Part shown: positions 1-9,700 of the stretch, one piece after another
Numbering within the stretch: the stretch's first letter is position 1
Layout of the letters: each line of letters opens with the position of its first letter
Made by a program: the position numbers and the translations under genes
DNA from: an uncultured Acidobacteriota bacterium
Lineage (GTDB): Bacteria > Acidobacteriota > Vicinamibacteria > Vicinamibacterales > 2-12-FULL-66-21
NCBI GenBank assembly: GCA_963749835.1
Contig: CAVVOD010000003.1
Span: forward strand, 656,721 to 720,720
DNA length: 64,000 bases
Direction of reading: 5' to 3'
The notes under the pieces: model-generated
Databases searched by the model: none
The model's input: the letters and a program-made list of their open reading frames with translations, nothing else
What the model was told of the DNA's origin: nothing

Positions 1-240
1 CATCGGGGGAATGCCGCTGCCGTTGGCGGCGAGGTAGGACGCCTGAGCGATAGCGAGGCGGAACATCGGCCGATCCTCGGCGTCGAGCACGACCAGCACG
101 GGGTAGCGGTCGCTGCCCCGCTCGTACCCGCCGGGCGTGGCGATGGAGCAACTGCCTGGCCGAGGGCGCCGCCCCGTCGTGGTCGAAGTATCGCGATGCA
201 CCCGATACGTCGGGCGGCCATAGAGACCTGTTGGGCACCT
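1..240 (-). CDS. partial CDS, putative esterase-family alpha/beta hydrolase (C-terminal part lies beyond the left edge)
   Basis: Not in the ORF track (no stop in window). The minus-strand frame whose last codon ends at position 1 reads ...TPGGYERGSDRYPVLVVLDAEDRPMFRLAIAQASYLAANGSGIPPM. This is a PxGY...YPVLxxLD block typical of the 'putative esterase' family. The frame is open back to 351. The true start was not identified. Confidence 0.35.
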
Positions 241-534
241 TGAGCCTCCACGCGATCCGCACCCACCGATCCGGACACGATCCCCATGGCCGCTGGATCC
301 GGCCGCGAATCTCGAGAGAAGTCCAACTGAGCTCTCGCTGGTCGTTGGAAGTCACGCGCCGCTTCTGCTGGGCGTGGCGTGGCCAGAGGAGGCGTCGTCT
401 CCGCGCGGAGCGCGATCACAGGCGGGCTCTGGGGGTCCGGTCCGATGCGATGGCTGCTGGTAGACTCTGACGATTGAGCCGGCCGCGGAATCGTTCGTGG
501 GCGTCGTTCCTGCCGCCGAACACGAGTTCTGGAG

Positions 535-1584
535 ATGAGCCGCATGGTGAAACGACGAATTACGGGAGCCGTCGTCGTGACAGCGTTGACGTGGGCGGCT
601 GCATCCGGAGTGGCGCAGCCACCTGCAGGCCGTGGCGGAAGTGGTGGTCAGGGCGCTCTGCCACAGGGACCGGCGCCGACACAGGCTGACATCGAGTACG
701 CGCCGGCGGAGCCCGCCAGCAGCAGCGGGCACACGCTCGACATCTACATGCCGGCCGGCGCCACCAGGCCAGCACCGGTGGCGATCTGGACCGGCGGTTC
801 GGCGTGGCTGGCTGACACCGGCAAGAGACTCGCCGGCGGTGTGGCGGTCCAGTTGAATCCCGCCGGTTACGCCGTGGCCGGCGTCTCGATTCGATCGAGC
901 TCGCAGGTGAAGTTCCCGGGCCAGCTCCACGACATCAAGGCCGCCATCCGATTCCTGCGTGCGAACGCGGCCCGATACGGACTCGATCCGAATCACATCG
1001 CCGTCATGGGCGACAGCTCCGGCGGATGGACGAGCGCCATGGCCGCACTCACCGGCGATGCCCCCGAGATGGAAGGCGCCGTCGGCACTACTGGAGTGTC
1101 GAGCGCCGTGCAGGCGGCAGTCGCGTTCTATCCGCCGACGAACTTCCTCGAGATGGACCGCTACATGCTGCGCAAGTGTGAGGGCGCTGCGTGTCACGAC
1201 ACCGAACAATCCCCCGAGTCGCGCCTGGTGGGCTGTGCGATTCAGACGTGTCCGGAGAAGGTGCGGGCCGCGACGCCGATGACGTACATCACAGCCGCGG
1301 ATCCGCCGCTCCTGATCCTGCACGGCAACTCCGACCAGCTCGTGCCGCACAACCAGGGGGAGCAGCTCTACATGGCTCTGAACAAGGCGTGCAGGGACGC
1401 CATCTTCATCAGCGTCCCGAAGGCCCCGCACGGCAACTGGAACGGTTTCCTGACGAACGACGCGCTTCGCGAAGCCGCCACCATGCGCTCCACGTCGGCG
1501 GCGGGCTGCCAGATCGTCAATCCCACGCCGTACACACCCACCTGGCAGACCGTGACGGGCTTTCTCGACAAATACATGAAGTGA
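535..1584 (+). CDS. secreted alpha/beta hydrolase (esterase/lipase-like)
   Basis: 349-aa ORF with an N-terminal hydrophobic signal-like segment. It has the nucleophile elbow GDSSGG (GxSxG) and a later LHGNSDQLVP block typical of serine hydrolases. The 429-aa antisense ORF 352-1641 is a GC-rich shadow. Confidence 0.85.
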   Translation: MSRMVKRRITGAVVVTALTWAAASGVAQPPAGRGGSGGQGALPQGPAPTQADIEYAPAEPASSSGHTLDIYMPAGATRPAPVAIWTGGSAWLADTGKRLAGGVAVQLNPAGYAVAGVSIRSSSQVKFPGQLHDIKAAIRFLRANAARYGLDPNHIAVMGDSSGGWTSAMAALTGDAPEMEGAVGTTGVSSAVQAAVAFYPPTNFLEMDRYMLRKCEGAACHDTEQSPESRLVGCAIQTCPEKVRAATPMTYITAADPPLLILHGNSDQLVPHNQGEQLYMALNKACRDAIFISVPKAPHGNWNGFLTNDALREAATMRSTSAAGCQIVNPTPYTPTWQTVTGFLDKYMK

Positions 1585-1702
1585 CTGACCTGCTGGCCGA
1601 CGACATACCACGTCAGTCGCGGAGATGGCTTTCGAACCCAATCACGCAGCCGGTTGCCGATATGTCATCGAGAGCGGCTCACCCGATGAACAGCGGGAGA
1701 CC

Positions 1703-2122
1703 ATGATGAGCGACCTTCGAAAGACGACCTTGCGGGCCGACGCAGCGTTCTTGACGGTGGCCGGTCTGTTCGGTCTTGTCGGCGACGTTCTGTCCTACGT
1801 GTCCGGCGCCGGTCCGTTCGGCGCGACGTTTCATGGCAATCCGACAGTGATCGGCGTGGTTGAGGCACACGCGCTCGCGGTGCTGACCGCCGTCACGCTG
1901 TGGTACTTCTCGCGGAACCACGCAGGAACATTCGGCAACTGGGTTGGACTCTCCGCGCACCTGGTCCTCGGCGGGAGCAATCTGATCTGGTTCGATGTGT
2001 TCAGACGTGTGCAGGCCGAAGCGCAGGGCGTGGCCGTCACGGTCGTGCACTTCGCATTCGTCGCGCTCAACGCGTTTCTGATCATCAGAGGCGGCGGGCG
2101 CCGCATGGCCTCAGGCGGTTGA
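1703..2122 (+). CDS. hypothetical integral membrane protein
   Basis: An in-frame ATG at 1703 is preceded by GGGAG. The product (MMSDLRK...) has about 4 hydrophobic helices. No recognisable family. Confidence 0.55.
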   Translation: MMSDLRKTTLRADAAFLTVAGLFGLVGDVLSYVSGAGPFGATFHGNPTVIGVVEAHALAVLTAVTLWYFSRNHAGTFGNWVGLSAHLVLGGSNLIWFDVFRRVQAEAQGVAVTVVHFAFVALNAFLIIRGGGRRMASGG

Positions 2123-2127
2123 GCGAC

Positions 2128-2898
2128 ATGTCCGGTGGACGCGGTATCGACAGTCTCTCCCAGTGGCTGCGACTGCTTCTGGGGTTGAGTGTGATCTTTG
2201 GGCTGTTTCAATGGTCGGCCGTGGCTCTCGCCAGCAATCGCGGGGAGGCCGGCCTGATCGTGGGCCTGATCGTGGTCGGTGGGACCATTGCTGCCGAGTG
2301 CCTGCTGTTCGGACGGCCACTCGTCGCCGCGGCTCGAACGCTTGGACTCGGACCGCCTCGTCCTCGAGGGATTCTGGTCGTCGTCGGCATCGGTATCGTG
2401 CTGATCTCCGTCGTGTATATGTTCGCGCGAGCGACTGGATCATCTCTCGGTTTTTTCCCGAGTTGGGTTTCGCTCGTGCCGGGTCTGTTCGCACAAGGTG
2501 GTGTCGCTGAGGAAATCCTGTTTCGAGGTTACCTCTTTGGTCATCTGCGACGCGGACGGTCCTTTTGGCGCGCGGCCGCGCTGTCGATGCTGCCGTTCGT
2601 CGGTGTCCACCTGTTTCTGTTCTTCACGATGCCGTGGCCGATTGCGTTGGCGGCCCTGCTGCTGGCCGTGGTGCTTTCATTTCCGCTGGCTCATCTCTTC
2701 GAGATAGGCGGCGCAACGATTTGGGCGCCTGCGCTGCTCCACTTCATCATCCAGGGAACCGTCAAGGTCATCGTGGTTTCGGGCGATGATAGTTCGGCAT
2801 TCCCACTGGTGTGGATGGTGGCGAGTGCTCTCATTCCATTACTGAGCCTGCTTGTGACACGACCGCAGCCGAGGACCGAACGGGTCGATCAGAGCTGA
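2128..2898 (+). CDS. CPBP family intramembrane glutamic endopeptidase (CAAX protease-like)
   Basis: Multi-TM product with the motif EEILFRGYLFGHL and a later H-containing helix (LLHFIIQG). Start chosen at ATG 2128 (MSGGRGID...), because the upstream part of ORF 1900-2898 overlaps the previous gene. Confidence 0.85.
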   Translation: MSGGRGIDSLSQWLRLLLGLSVIFGLFQWSAVALASNRGEAGLIVGLIVVGGTIAAECLLFGRPLVAAARTLGLGPPRPRGILVVVGIGIVLISVVYMFARATGSSLGFFPSWVSLVPGLFAQGGVAEEILFRGYLFGHLRRGRSFWRAAALSMLPFVGVHLFLFFTMPWPIALAALLLAVVLSFPLAHLFEIGGATIWAPALLHFIIQGTVKVIVVSGDDSSAFPLVWMVASALIPLLSLLVTRPQPRTERVDQS

Positions 2899-5662
2899 CC
2901 AGCGTCTCCGGGCATCGTTCACTCGGTGCGCTGGCGACCGCTGGATCCCCTACGCCCCCGCAAGCGCCGAAACCGGATCGATCGCGTGTCGCCCGGCGCG
3001 CCGGAACCAGACAGGCAGCCACGGCCGCGCCAACCATCAGGACGATGGCAATCGCCAGGACCCCTGGATCCAGCGGCGAGATGGCGTGAAGCTGGCTCTC
3101 GATCGCGCGGCGCATGGCCATGATGCCGGCGATGCCGGCGAGCAGACCGAGACCGATCATCACCGCACCTTCGCGCAGCACGAGCCGGAAGATTGCCGTC
3201 CCGTCGCTGCCGAGGGCCATCCGAATCCCGATCTCGCGCGTCCGCTGCTGGACGAGTGACGCGAGCACTCCGTAGATGCCGATGACCGCGAGCAGGAGCG
3301 CGAGGAAGCCAAAGCCAAGCGTCAACACCATCGGCGTGCGGCGATCGCTCAACGACCGGCTGATCCGCTCCTCCATGGTGCGGACGTCGAAGATCGGCAG
3401 CTCGGGATCGATCTCGGCGATGGCCCGGCGAATCGGCTCGACGAGGCCGCCAGGTTCACCCGATGTCCGGATGGCAAACGCGACGTCGTCGTCCATCCTC
3501 TGCGCAAGGGGGAAATAGTACGCGCCGATTTGATCCGCGGGGTTCGCCACCCCGCGCATCTGAACGGACTCGACGATGCCGACGACATCGAAGTGCGGGG
3601 CGGCGCCCGGATCCCGGAGCGCATCCGCGGTGGGCGGTCGCCACATGCGCTGGCCGACGGCCCCCCCGTCGGGCCAGAAACGCCGCGCGAGACGCCGGTC
3701 GATCACGATGACCGGACGTCCCTCCGCGATGTCGCGGTCGTCGAAGCCTCGTCCTTCGATGATGCGGATGCCCATCGAGTCGAAGTAGCCGGGCGTGACG
3801 ACACTCTGCGAGGGGGAGACGACGGACTCGCCCGGACGCGGCACGTAGCCTTCGGGAAAGATCGCCTGGCGGCTGTAGTCACCGCCGAATGGAATGTAGT
3901 TCGTGATCCCGACGCTCTCGACACCGGGCAGGGCTCGAAGACGCGCGAGCGCCCGATCGAAGAAGCTCCGGCGCGCGGCATCGTCGTCGTAGCGGCCAGT
4001 GCCTGGCAGATCGACCCGCGCCGTGAGCACGCCGCGCGGCTCGAACCCGGGATCGATGGCGAGCAGCTCGCGAAAGCTGGCCAGCAGGAGACCCGCGCCG
4101 GCCAGCAACACGAGCGCCATCGCGATCTGCGTCACCACGAGGGCCTGACGCGCCCGGCGCACGCTTCGACTGGCCGTGCCGGATCGCCCCTCGTCGCGGA
4201 GCACGTCGGTCGGGCTCACGTGGAAGATGCGCACAGCTGGCAGTAACGCCATCAGTGCTCCCACGAGCAGGGCAACACCCATGGTGAACACCATCGCCGT
4301 GCCGTCGAGCCGGATTTCTCCGGACCGCGGCAGCGTTGCAATGCCGATGGCACCGAGTCCGCCCAGAGCAGCCGACGCGATCAGCCATCCAAGGAGGCCG
4401 CCCAACCCTGCGAGCAGCAGGCTCTCGATCGCGATCTGGCGAACGATCTGTGCGCGCGATGCGCCGAGCGCGACACATGTGGCCATCTCACGTCCGCGCG
4501 CCGTCGCACGCATCAACACGAGGTTGGCCACGTTCACCGCGCCGATGAGCAGCACGCAGGTGACACCGCCCCACAGCAGGAAGAGGATGCCGCGCATATC
4601 CCGGACCAGCTCCTCCTGAAAGACGCGGACGGGCGTGTGGAAGCCGGCGTCCAGAAGCAGTGGCTTCAGGTCGGGCGTGCGATCCAGATTGCGCTGGTTG
4701 AGCGCGTCGATGCGCGCCTGTGCATGCGCAAGCGTCACCCCTGGCTGCAGACGAGCGAGCATGGTCCATCGGTTGTTGAGGTGATATCGCTGGCGCTGTT
4801 CCGGCGTGAACGCGAGCGGCGTCCACAAACGGGGCTCCTGATTGCGGAGCGGGAACGACGCAAACTCTGTGGGCATGACGCCCACGATCGTGTAGGGCTT
4901 GCCGTCGAGACGCAGGTCACGGCCAATTGCCGTCGGGTCCCCGCCGAAGAGCTCCTGCCAGAGATTAAAACTCAACAGGACGACCTGATCCTGCCCGGGC
5001 TCCCCCTCCGCCTCGGTAAACGTCCGACCGAGCATGGCGCGCACACGAAGGAGATGAAACAGCGACGGCGTCGCCTGGACTCCCTCGATACGGCGGGCTT
5101 CTCTCGGGCCACCCACGTTGTACGCCACCTCACCGTCGTACGCCGCGACGGACTCAAAGGCATCGGTCAGTGCTCGCCGATCGAAGAAGTCCGGTGGCCC
5201 GTTTCGGCCCATGGCAGCCGTCCCGGTGGCCCGTGGATAGGCGTTCCACATCGTCACGACCCGTTCCGGCTCGTCCACGGGCAGCGGCCGAAGGATCACC
5301 GAGTGCACGACGCTGAAGATCGCGGTATTGGCGCCGATGCAGAGGGCCAGCGTCGGCACGGTCGTGAAGAGAAACGCTTTCTGTTTCGCCAGCCGGCGGC
5401 ACGCAAAGCGGAGGTCCTGAACCAGCCGTTCCCACCAGACCCACATGGAGGTTTCCCGCACGTCTTCGACGACGAGCACCGGATTTCCGAAAGCCTTCAC
5501 GGCTGCGCACCGGGCCTCGTCGGGTGACAATCCGGCGCGCATGTACTCGGCGGTCGCCTCTTCCAGGTGAAATCGAATGTCGGCATCGAGCTGCGCATCG
5601 AACGCCCGACGTGTGAGCAGCGCTCGAATGCCGGTCCGCATGACGTAGATCCAGCGCAACAT
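2831..5662 (-). CDS. ADOP-type duplicated MacB/FtsX-like permease (3'-terminal frameshift)
   Basis: 943-aa ORF with two FtsX-type 4-TM halves, each preceded by a large periplasmic domain. The N-terminus MLRWIYVMRTGIRALL...DIRFHLEE is family-typical. After ...PARRATR the frame departs from the family C-terminus. Skipping one base near 2983 gives IDPVSALAGA-stop at 2950-2952, matching the other copies (VDPMVALRWE, VDPVVALRADV). Confidence 0.9.
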   Translation of the reverse strand: MLRWIYVMRTGIRALLTRRAFDAQLDADIRFHLEEATAEYMRAGLSPDEARCAAVKAFGNPVLVVEDVRETSMWVWWERLVQDLRFACRRLAKQKAFLFTTVPTLALCIGANTAIFSVVHSVILRPLPVDEPERVVTMWNAYPRATGTAAMGRNGPPDFFDRRALTDAFESVAAYDGEVAYNVGGPREARRIEGVQATPSLFHLLRVRAMLGRTFTEAEGEPGQDQVVLLSFNLWQELFGGDPTAIGRDLRLDGKPYTIVGVMPTEFASFPLRNQEPRLWTPLAFTPEQRQRYHLNNRWTMLARLQPGVTLAHAQARIDALNQRNLDRTPDLKPLLLDAGFHTPVRVFQEELVRDMRGILFLLWGGVTCVLLIGAVNVANLVLMRATARGREMATCVALGASRAQIVRQIAIESLLLAGLGGLLGWLIASAALGGLGAIGIATLPRSGEIRLDGTAMVFTMGVALLVGALMALLPAVRIFHVSPTDVLRDEGRSGTASRSVRRARQALVVTQIAMALVLLAGAGLLLASFRELLAIDPGFEPRGVLTARVDLPGTGRYDDDAARRSFFDRALARLRALPGVESVGITNYIPFGGDYSRQAIFPEGYVPRPGESVVSPSQSVVTPGYFDSMGIRIIEGRGFDDRDIAEGRPVIVIDRRLARRFWPDGGAVGQRMWRPPTADALRDPGAAPHFDVVGIVESVQMRGVANPADQIGAYYFPLAQRMDDDVAFAIRTSGEPGGLVEPIRRAIAEIDPELPIFDVRTMEERISRSLSDRRTPMVLTLGFGFLALLLAVIGIYGVLASLVQQRTREIGIRMALGSDGTAIFRLVLREGAVMIGLGLLAGIAGIMAMRRAIESQLHAISPLDPGVLAIAIVLMVGAAVAACLVPARRATRDRSGFGACGGVGDPAVASAPSERCPETLVSSDRPVRSSAAVVSQAGSVME

Positions 5663-5682
5663 GAATCAGGCCCCGCCCGCGC

Positions 5683-6012
5683 CTACGTGGCGCGGATTGC
5701 AAGATTGATGGCTCCCGACAGTCGATCCCACGTCTCCAGTTCCTTCTTGAGGTGGGCGCGGCCCGAACGCGTGAGCGAGTAGAACTTCACGTCCCGGTTG
5801 GACTCGGTCTGCCCGACGCGCGCGGCGATCCAGCCCTGACGCTCGAGGCGATACAGCGCCGGATACAGCGAACCCTGCGGGACCTTCAACACGTCTCCGG
5901 ATACCTGTTGAATGCGCTTCGCGATGGCCCAGCCGTGCATGGGTTCGAGCGTGATCGCCTTGAGGATCAGGAAGTCGAGCGTGCCCTGGACGAGGTCGAT
6001 CGGTTTACCCAT
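5683..6012 (-). CDS. PadR family transcriptional regulator (acidobacterial ADOP-associated type)
   Basis: MGKPIDLVQGTLDFLILKAITLEPMHGWAIAKRIQQVSGDVLKVPQGSLYPALYRLERQGWIAARVG...KFYSLTRSGRAHL is a canonical PadR winged helix. It ends 20 nt upstream of the ADOP start at 5662. Confidence 0.9.
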   Translation of the reverse strand: MGKPIDLVQGTLDFLILKAITLEPMHGWAIAKRIQQVSGDVLKVPQGSLYPALYRLERQGWIAARVGQTESNRDVKFYSLTRSGRAHLKKELETWDRLSGAINLAIRAT

Positions 6013-6058
6013 CTGTCTACTCTGACAATCTACAATAAGACAGTCATTGTAGACTGTC
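6013..6058 (-). promoter_or_regulatory. AT-rich nested inverted repeats abutting the PadR start codon (candidate PadR operator)
   Basis: TCTACAAT (6029-6036) / ATTGTAGA (6046-6053) and GACAGTC (6039-6045) / GACTGTC (6052-6058) are perfect inverted repeats. CTGTCTAC (6013-6020) pairs 7/8 with 6049-6056. The region is conspicuously AT-rich in a GC-rich genome. Confidence 0.4.
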
Positions 6059-6281
6059 AAGGTATCGCTCCAGCTGAGATCGCATCGGCGGCGTACCGAG
6101 TCCTTCATCCCACTTTTCCAGGCCTGCGCCGCGCTGCCGACATGGACGTCGCGGATGCGCAGCTCGCCGGGAGATAATCTGAAATGGACATTCGCATCCC
6201 GCTCTCCAGCAGCAGGGCACCGCTCGACGCCGTCGGGCCGTCCGAGACCGCCTCGGGCCTGGCGGGCGACGCAGGAGGACC

Positions 6282-7100
6282 GTGGGCGTGATCGCTATCG
6301 CTCGGCGCATCGCGGAGAACCCGCACTTTCAGCACTTCATCCTCGGTGTCATCGTCATGGGCGCGGTCGTCATCGGCGTCGAGACGTCAGCGACGCTCAC
6401 CGCGCGGTACAGCACGGTCATCGTCGCGCTCGAGATCCTGATCCAGACGATTTTCGTCGTGGAGATCGCCATTCGGATCCTCGCGTACTGGCCGCGCCCC
6501 GTCAGGTTCTTCACGAACGGCTGGAACGTATTCGACTTCAGCGTCGTCGCCGCATCCCTGCTGCCACAGGCGGGCGCGTTTGCGATGGTCGCGCGCCTGG
6601 CGCGCCTCTTGCGGGTCACGCGGCTCGTTTCAGCGTTTCCGGAGCTGCGGCTGATCATCGGCACGATGGTCCGGTCGATCCCCTCCATGGGCCACGTGAT
6701 CGTGCTGTTGGGCCTGCTCCTGTACGTCTATGCCGTGCTCGGCTTTCATTTCTTCCGCGAGACGGACGCGGCGCACTGGGGCACGCTCGGCGCGGGGCTG
6801 CTGACGCTCTTTCAGATGCTGACGCTGGAAGGCTGGGTGGAGATCCAGGAGGCGGTGCTCGGGGCGCACCCGTGGGCGTGGATCTATTTCAGCAGCTTCG
6901 TGTTCGTGGCCGTCTTCGTGGTGGTGAACCTGTTCATTGCCGTGGTCATCAACAATCTCGAATCGGTGAAGCACGAGCAGCAGATCGAGGCCGACCACGG
7001 GAGTGCGCAGCACGAGCTCCTCGAAGCGATCGAGACCGTGCGGCAGCGGCTCGCGGCGCTGGAGGACCGGCTGCGCGCGACACCGCCTCAGCGGAGCTGA
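6282..7100 (+). CDS. voltage-gated ion channel, single-domain 6-TM (BacNav/NaChBac-like)
   Basis: S4 helix with Arg at every third position (ARLARLLRVTRLV). The pore loop is LFQMLTLEGWVEI, compared with NaChBac FQVMTLESWSM. S6 is ...VVVNLFIAVVINNLE, followed by a C-terminal coiled-coil-like tail. AGGAGG lies upstream of the GTG. Confidence 0.85.
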   Translation: MGVIAIARRIAENPHFQHFILGVIVMGAVVIGVETSATLTARYSTVIVALEILIQTIFVVEIAIRILAYWPRPVRFFTNGWNVFDFSVVAASLLPQAGAFAMVARLARLLRVTRLVSAFPELRLIIGTMVRSIPSMGHVIVLLGLLLYVYAVLGFHFFRETDAAHWGTLGAGLLTLFQMLTLEGWVEIQEAVLGAHPWAWIYFSSFVFVAVFVVVNLFIAVVINNLESVKHEQQIEADHGSAQHELLEAIETVRQRLAALEDRLRATPPQRS

Positions 7101-7204
7101 CGATGCGGAGCCGTCAGCCGCTGACCCGACTATTCTGAGTTCTTGCCTTTCCGTGCGACCCGTGATGATCTCTGGCGGCGGTGGGACCCGCGGAGGGAGG
7201 CCTG

Positions 7205-9697
7205 ATGTCGAACGAAACGTCAATGACACGAGGGTCAGCTGTCGAGCGCATCGCCGGCGTCTGGCGCGAACATGCGCTCGCGGCGCGGCGCCTGGCCAAG
7301 AACACCGGTTTTACCATCGTCGTTGCCCTGACGCTTGGACTGGCTATCGGCGGCAACGCCGCTATCTACAGCGTCGTGAGCGGCGTGCTGTTGAAGCCGC
7401 TCCCCTACCCCGACCCCGATCAGCTCGTTCGGATCTTCGCGCAGCATCCACGCTTCAACGACGTGCCGCTGACGATGTCCGACCTTCAGGCCTTTCGACA
7501 GGCACAGCACGTATTCCAGGGGATGGCCGCCTACTACCGTGAGGGCCATGAATTCAACGGCTCCGCCGGACCGGAGAATCTCGAGGGCCTCTTTGTGTCG
7601 GGAGGCTATTTCGAGCTGCTTGGCGCCCGCGCCGCGCTCGGCGGGACGTTCAGCAGCGACGACGAGCGGCCCGGCGCTGCCGATCGGGTCGTCCTGAGCG
7701 ACCGCATCTGGCGCACGCGTCTGGGCGCCGACCCGTCGATCGTCGGGCGCACGATCAACCTCTCGCGGCGACCGTTCGTGGTCGTGGGCGTGATGCCGCC
7801 GGGTGTCGAGCACGTCGGCGGGAAGCAGCGCTCGCTGCCGCACGGGGAGACGGCAGACTTCTGGATCCCGCTGACGATCAATCCGGCAAACCTGAACCGG
7901 ACCGCGCGGTTTCTGAACACGGTGGGCCGTCTGCGCAGCGGTATTTCCGTCGAACGGGCGAACGCCGAGCTGGATCGCCTCGCCAGCATTCAGGAGCAGC
8001 AGTGGCCGGAGACACACGCGTCGTGGCGGGCCACGGCGGTGCCGCTGATGAACGAGATCGTGGGACCGGCGCGTCCGGTGCTGCTGGCCATTTTCGGGGC
8101 CGTCGCGTGCGTCCTGCTGATTGCCTGCGGCAACGTCGCGTGTCTGACGCTGGCGCGATCGGTCGGACGCAGCCGCGAGCATGCGGTACGCGCAGCGCTG
8201 GGCGCGAGCCGTGGCCGGATTGCGCGCGAGATCTTCGTCGAGTCGTGGCTGCTCGCCTTGCTCGGCGCCTGTCTTGGTGTCCCGCTCGCCATCGCGGGCC
8301 TGCAGGTCTTGATCGCTCTGGCGCCGCCTCACCTGCCGCGCTTGCACGCGATCACAGTGGACGCGGGCATGCTCCTGTTCGGCGTCGCGCTGACGTTCGC
8401 GACCGGCCTGCTCTGCGGCGTGCTTCCGGCGTGGTATGGCGGCCGAACCAATCTCGAGGAGGCGCTGCGCGAAGGCGGACGCACGGGCGCGCCTGGCGGC
8501 CACAGCCTCGGCTGGCATCGTGTGCTGGTCGTCGGGCAGCTCGCCCTCTGCTTCGTGCTGTTGATCTGCGCCGGGCTGCTGGCACGGACGTTCTATCTCG
8601 TCCAGCACAATCCTGTCGGATTCCGAACGGATGGCGTACTGACCGCGACGTTCGATCTGCCTGGCGGCGTGACGCGCTACGGCCGCGACGTGGCCGAGCG
8701 CGCAGCCTTCCATCAGCGATTGCTCACGCGGCTGCGCGAGCAGCCCGGCGTCATCTCGGCGGGATCGGCTGCCCGGTTGCCCTTTGCCGCACAGCTCGAC
8801 AGCACGGACTCCCAGGGTCTTGTCCGATTCATGCTGGCAGAAAGGCCCGTCCCACCGGACGCGCGGCCGTTCGCCCGCATGGAGATCGTGTCGACCGGTT
8901 ACCTGGAGACCCTCGGCGTCCCGATTCTGGAAGGCCGGGGGTTCGACGCCCGAGAAACGCTGGGCAGTGCCCCGGTCGCGCTCGTCAATCAGGAGGTGGT
9001 CCGCCGTTACTTTCCGGGAGAGACCCTCGTCGGCAAGAGTCTCGCGGGCGGACGACGGGCGCCCACGATCGTCGGCGTGGTTGCAGACGTCAAAGCGACC
9101 GCCGTGGCGACTCGCCCGGAACCGATCGTCTACACACCAATGGAGCAGAGCCCGTTGTTCCGTACGCGGCTAGCCGTACGGACGCACGGGGATCCCCAGG
9201 CGCTGCTGCCCACGATCCAACGGCTGGTGAGCTCGATCGATCCCGATCTTCCGGTGTTCGAGGTGAAGCCTCTCGCGCAGATTGCCGCCGATGCCGTCGC
9301 GACACAGCGATTCGCGCTGTGGCTGTTCGGGCTGTTCGCCGCGCTCGCGCTCCTCCTCAGCGCGCTCGGCGTGTACGGCGTGCTGGCGTACGCGGTCGCG
9401 TACCGTTTGCCGGAGTTTGGCATACGTGCCGCCCTGGGCGCGAGCCCCGGACAACTGCTCGCGATGGTGCTCCGGCAGGGCCTTCGCCTGGGAACGATGG
9501 GCATTGCCACGGGCATCGGCATGGCGCTGCTGGTCACCCGCTGGCTTCAAGGCCTGTTGTTTGGCGTCCAACCGTTCGACGCACCGACGTTTGCCGTCGT
9601 CGCGGTCCTGTTCGGCATGATCGTTCTCGCGGCGTGTCTGCTGCCCGCCCGCCGCGCCGGGCGCGTCGATCCGATGACCACGATCCGCAATAGCTAG
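7205..9697 (+). CDS. ADOP-type duplicated MacB/FtsX-like permease
   Basis: Start at ATG 7205, which follows GGAGGGAGG. Two FtsX halves are present. The C-terminus is LPARRAGRVDPMTTIRNS. There is no adjacent PadR gene and no ATPase gene. Confidence 0.9.
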   Translation: MSNETSMTRGSAVERIAGVWREHALAARRLAKNTGFTIVVALTLGLAIGGNAAIYSVVSGVLLKPLPYPDPDQLVRIFAQHPRFNDVPLTMSDLQAFRQAQHVFQGMAAYYREGHEFNGSAGPENLEGLFVSGGYFELLGARAALGGTFSSDDERPGAADRVVLSDRIWRTRLGADPSIVGRTINLSRRPFVVVGVMPPGVEHVGGKQRSLPHGETADFWIPLTINPANLNRTARFLNTVGRLRSGISVERANAELDRLASIQEQQWPETHASWRATAVPLMNEIVGPARPVLLAIFGAVACVLLIACGNVACLTLARSVGRSREHAVRAALGASRGRIAREIFVESWLLALLGACLGVPLAIAGLQVLIALAPPHLPRLHAITVDAGMLLFGVALTFATGLLCGVLPAWYGGRTNLEEALREGGRTGAPGGHSLGWHRVLVVGQLALCFVLLICAGLLARTFYLVQHNPVGFRTDGVLTATFDLPGGVTRYGRDVAERAAFHQRLLTRLREQPGVISAGSAARLPFAAQLDSTDSQGLVRFMLAERPVPPDARPFARMEIVSTGYLETLGVPILEGRGFDARETLGSAPVALVNQEVVRRYFPGETLVGKSLAGGRRAPTIVGVVADVKATAVATRPEPIVYTPMEQSPLFRTRLAVRTHGDPQALLPTIQRLVSSIDPDLPVFEVKPLAQIAADAVATQRFALWLFGLFAALALLLSALGVYGVLAYAVAYRLPEFGIRAALGASPGQLLAMVLRQGLRLGTMGIATGIGMALLVTRWLQGLLFGVQPFDAPTFAVVAVLFGMIVLAACLLPARRAGRVDPMTTIRNS

Positions 9698-9700
9698 AGA

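Noticed and set aside
352-1641. Many very long ORFs antisense to, or out of frame with, confident genes. Examples: 352-1641(-), 7235-8713(-), 8002-9693(+), 10017-11162(+), 11356-12969(+), 35120-37195(+), 51622-53916(+), 57812-59089(+), 59313-60281(-), 59635-61038(-).
   Set aside because: Their products are Arg/Ala/Pro/Gly-rich low-complexity strings with no motifs. They mirror genes with clear family signatures. Stop-poor shadow frames are expected at ~70% G+C.
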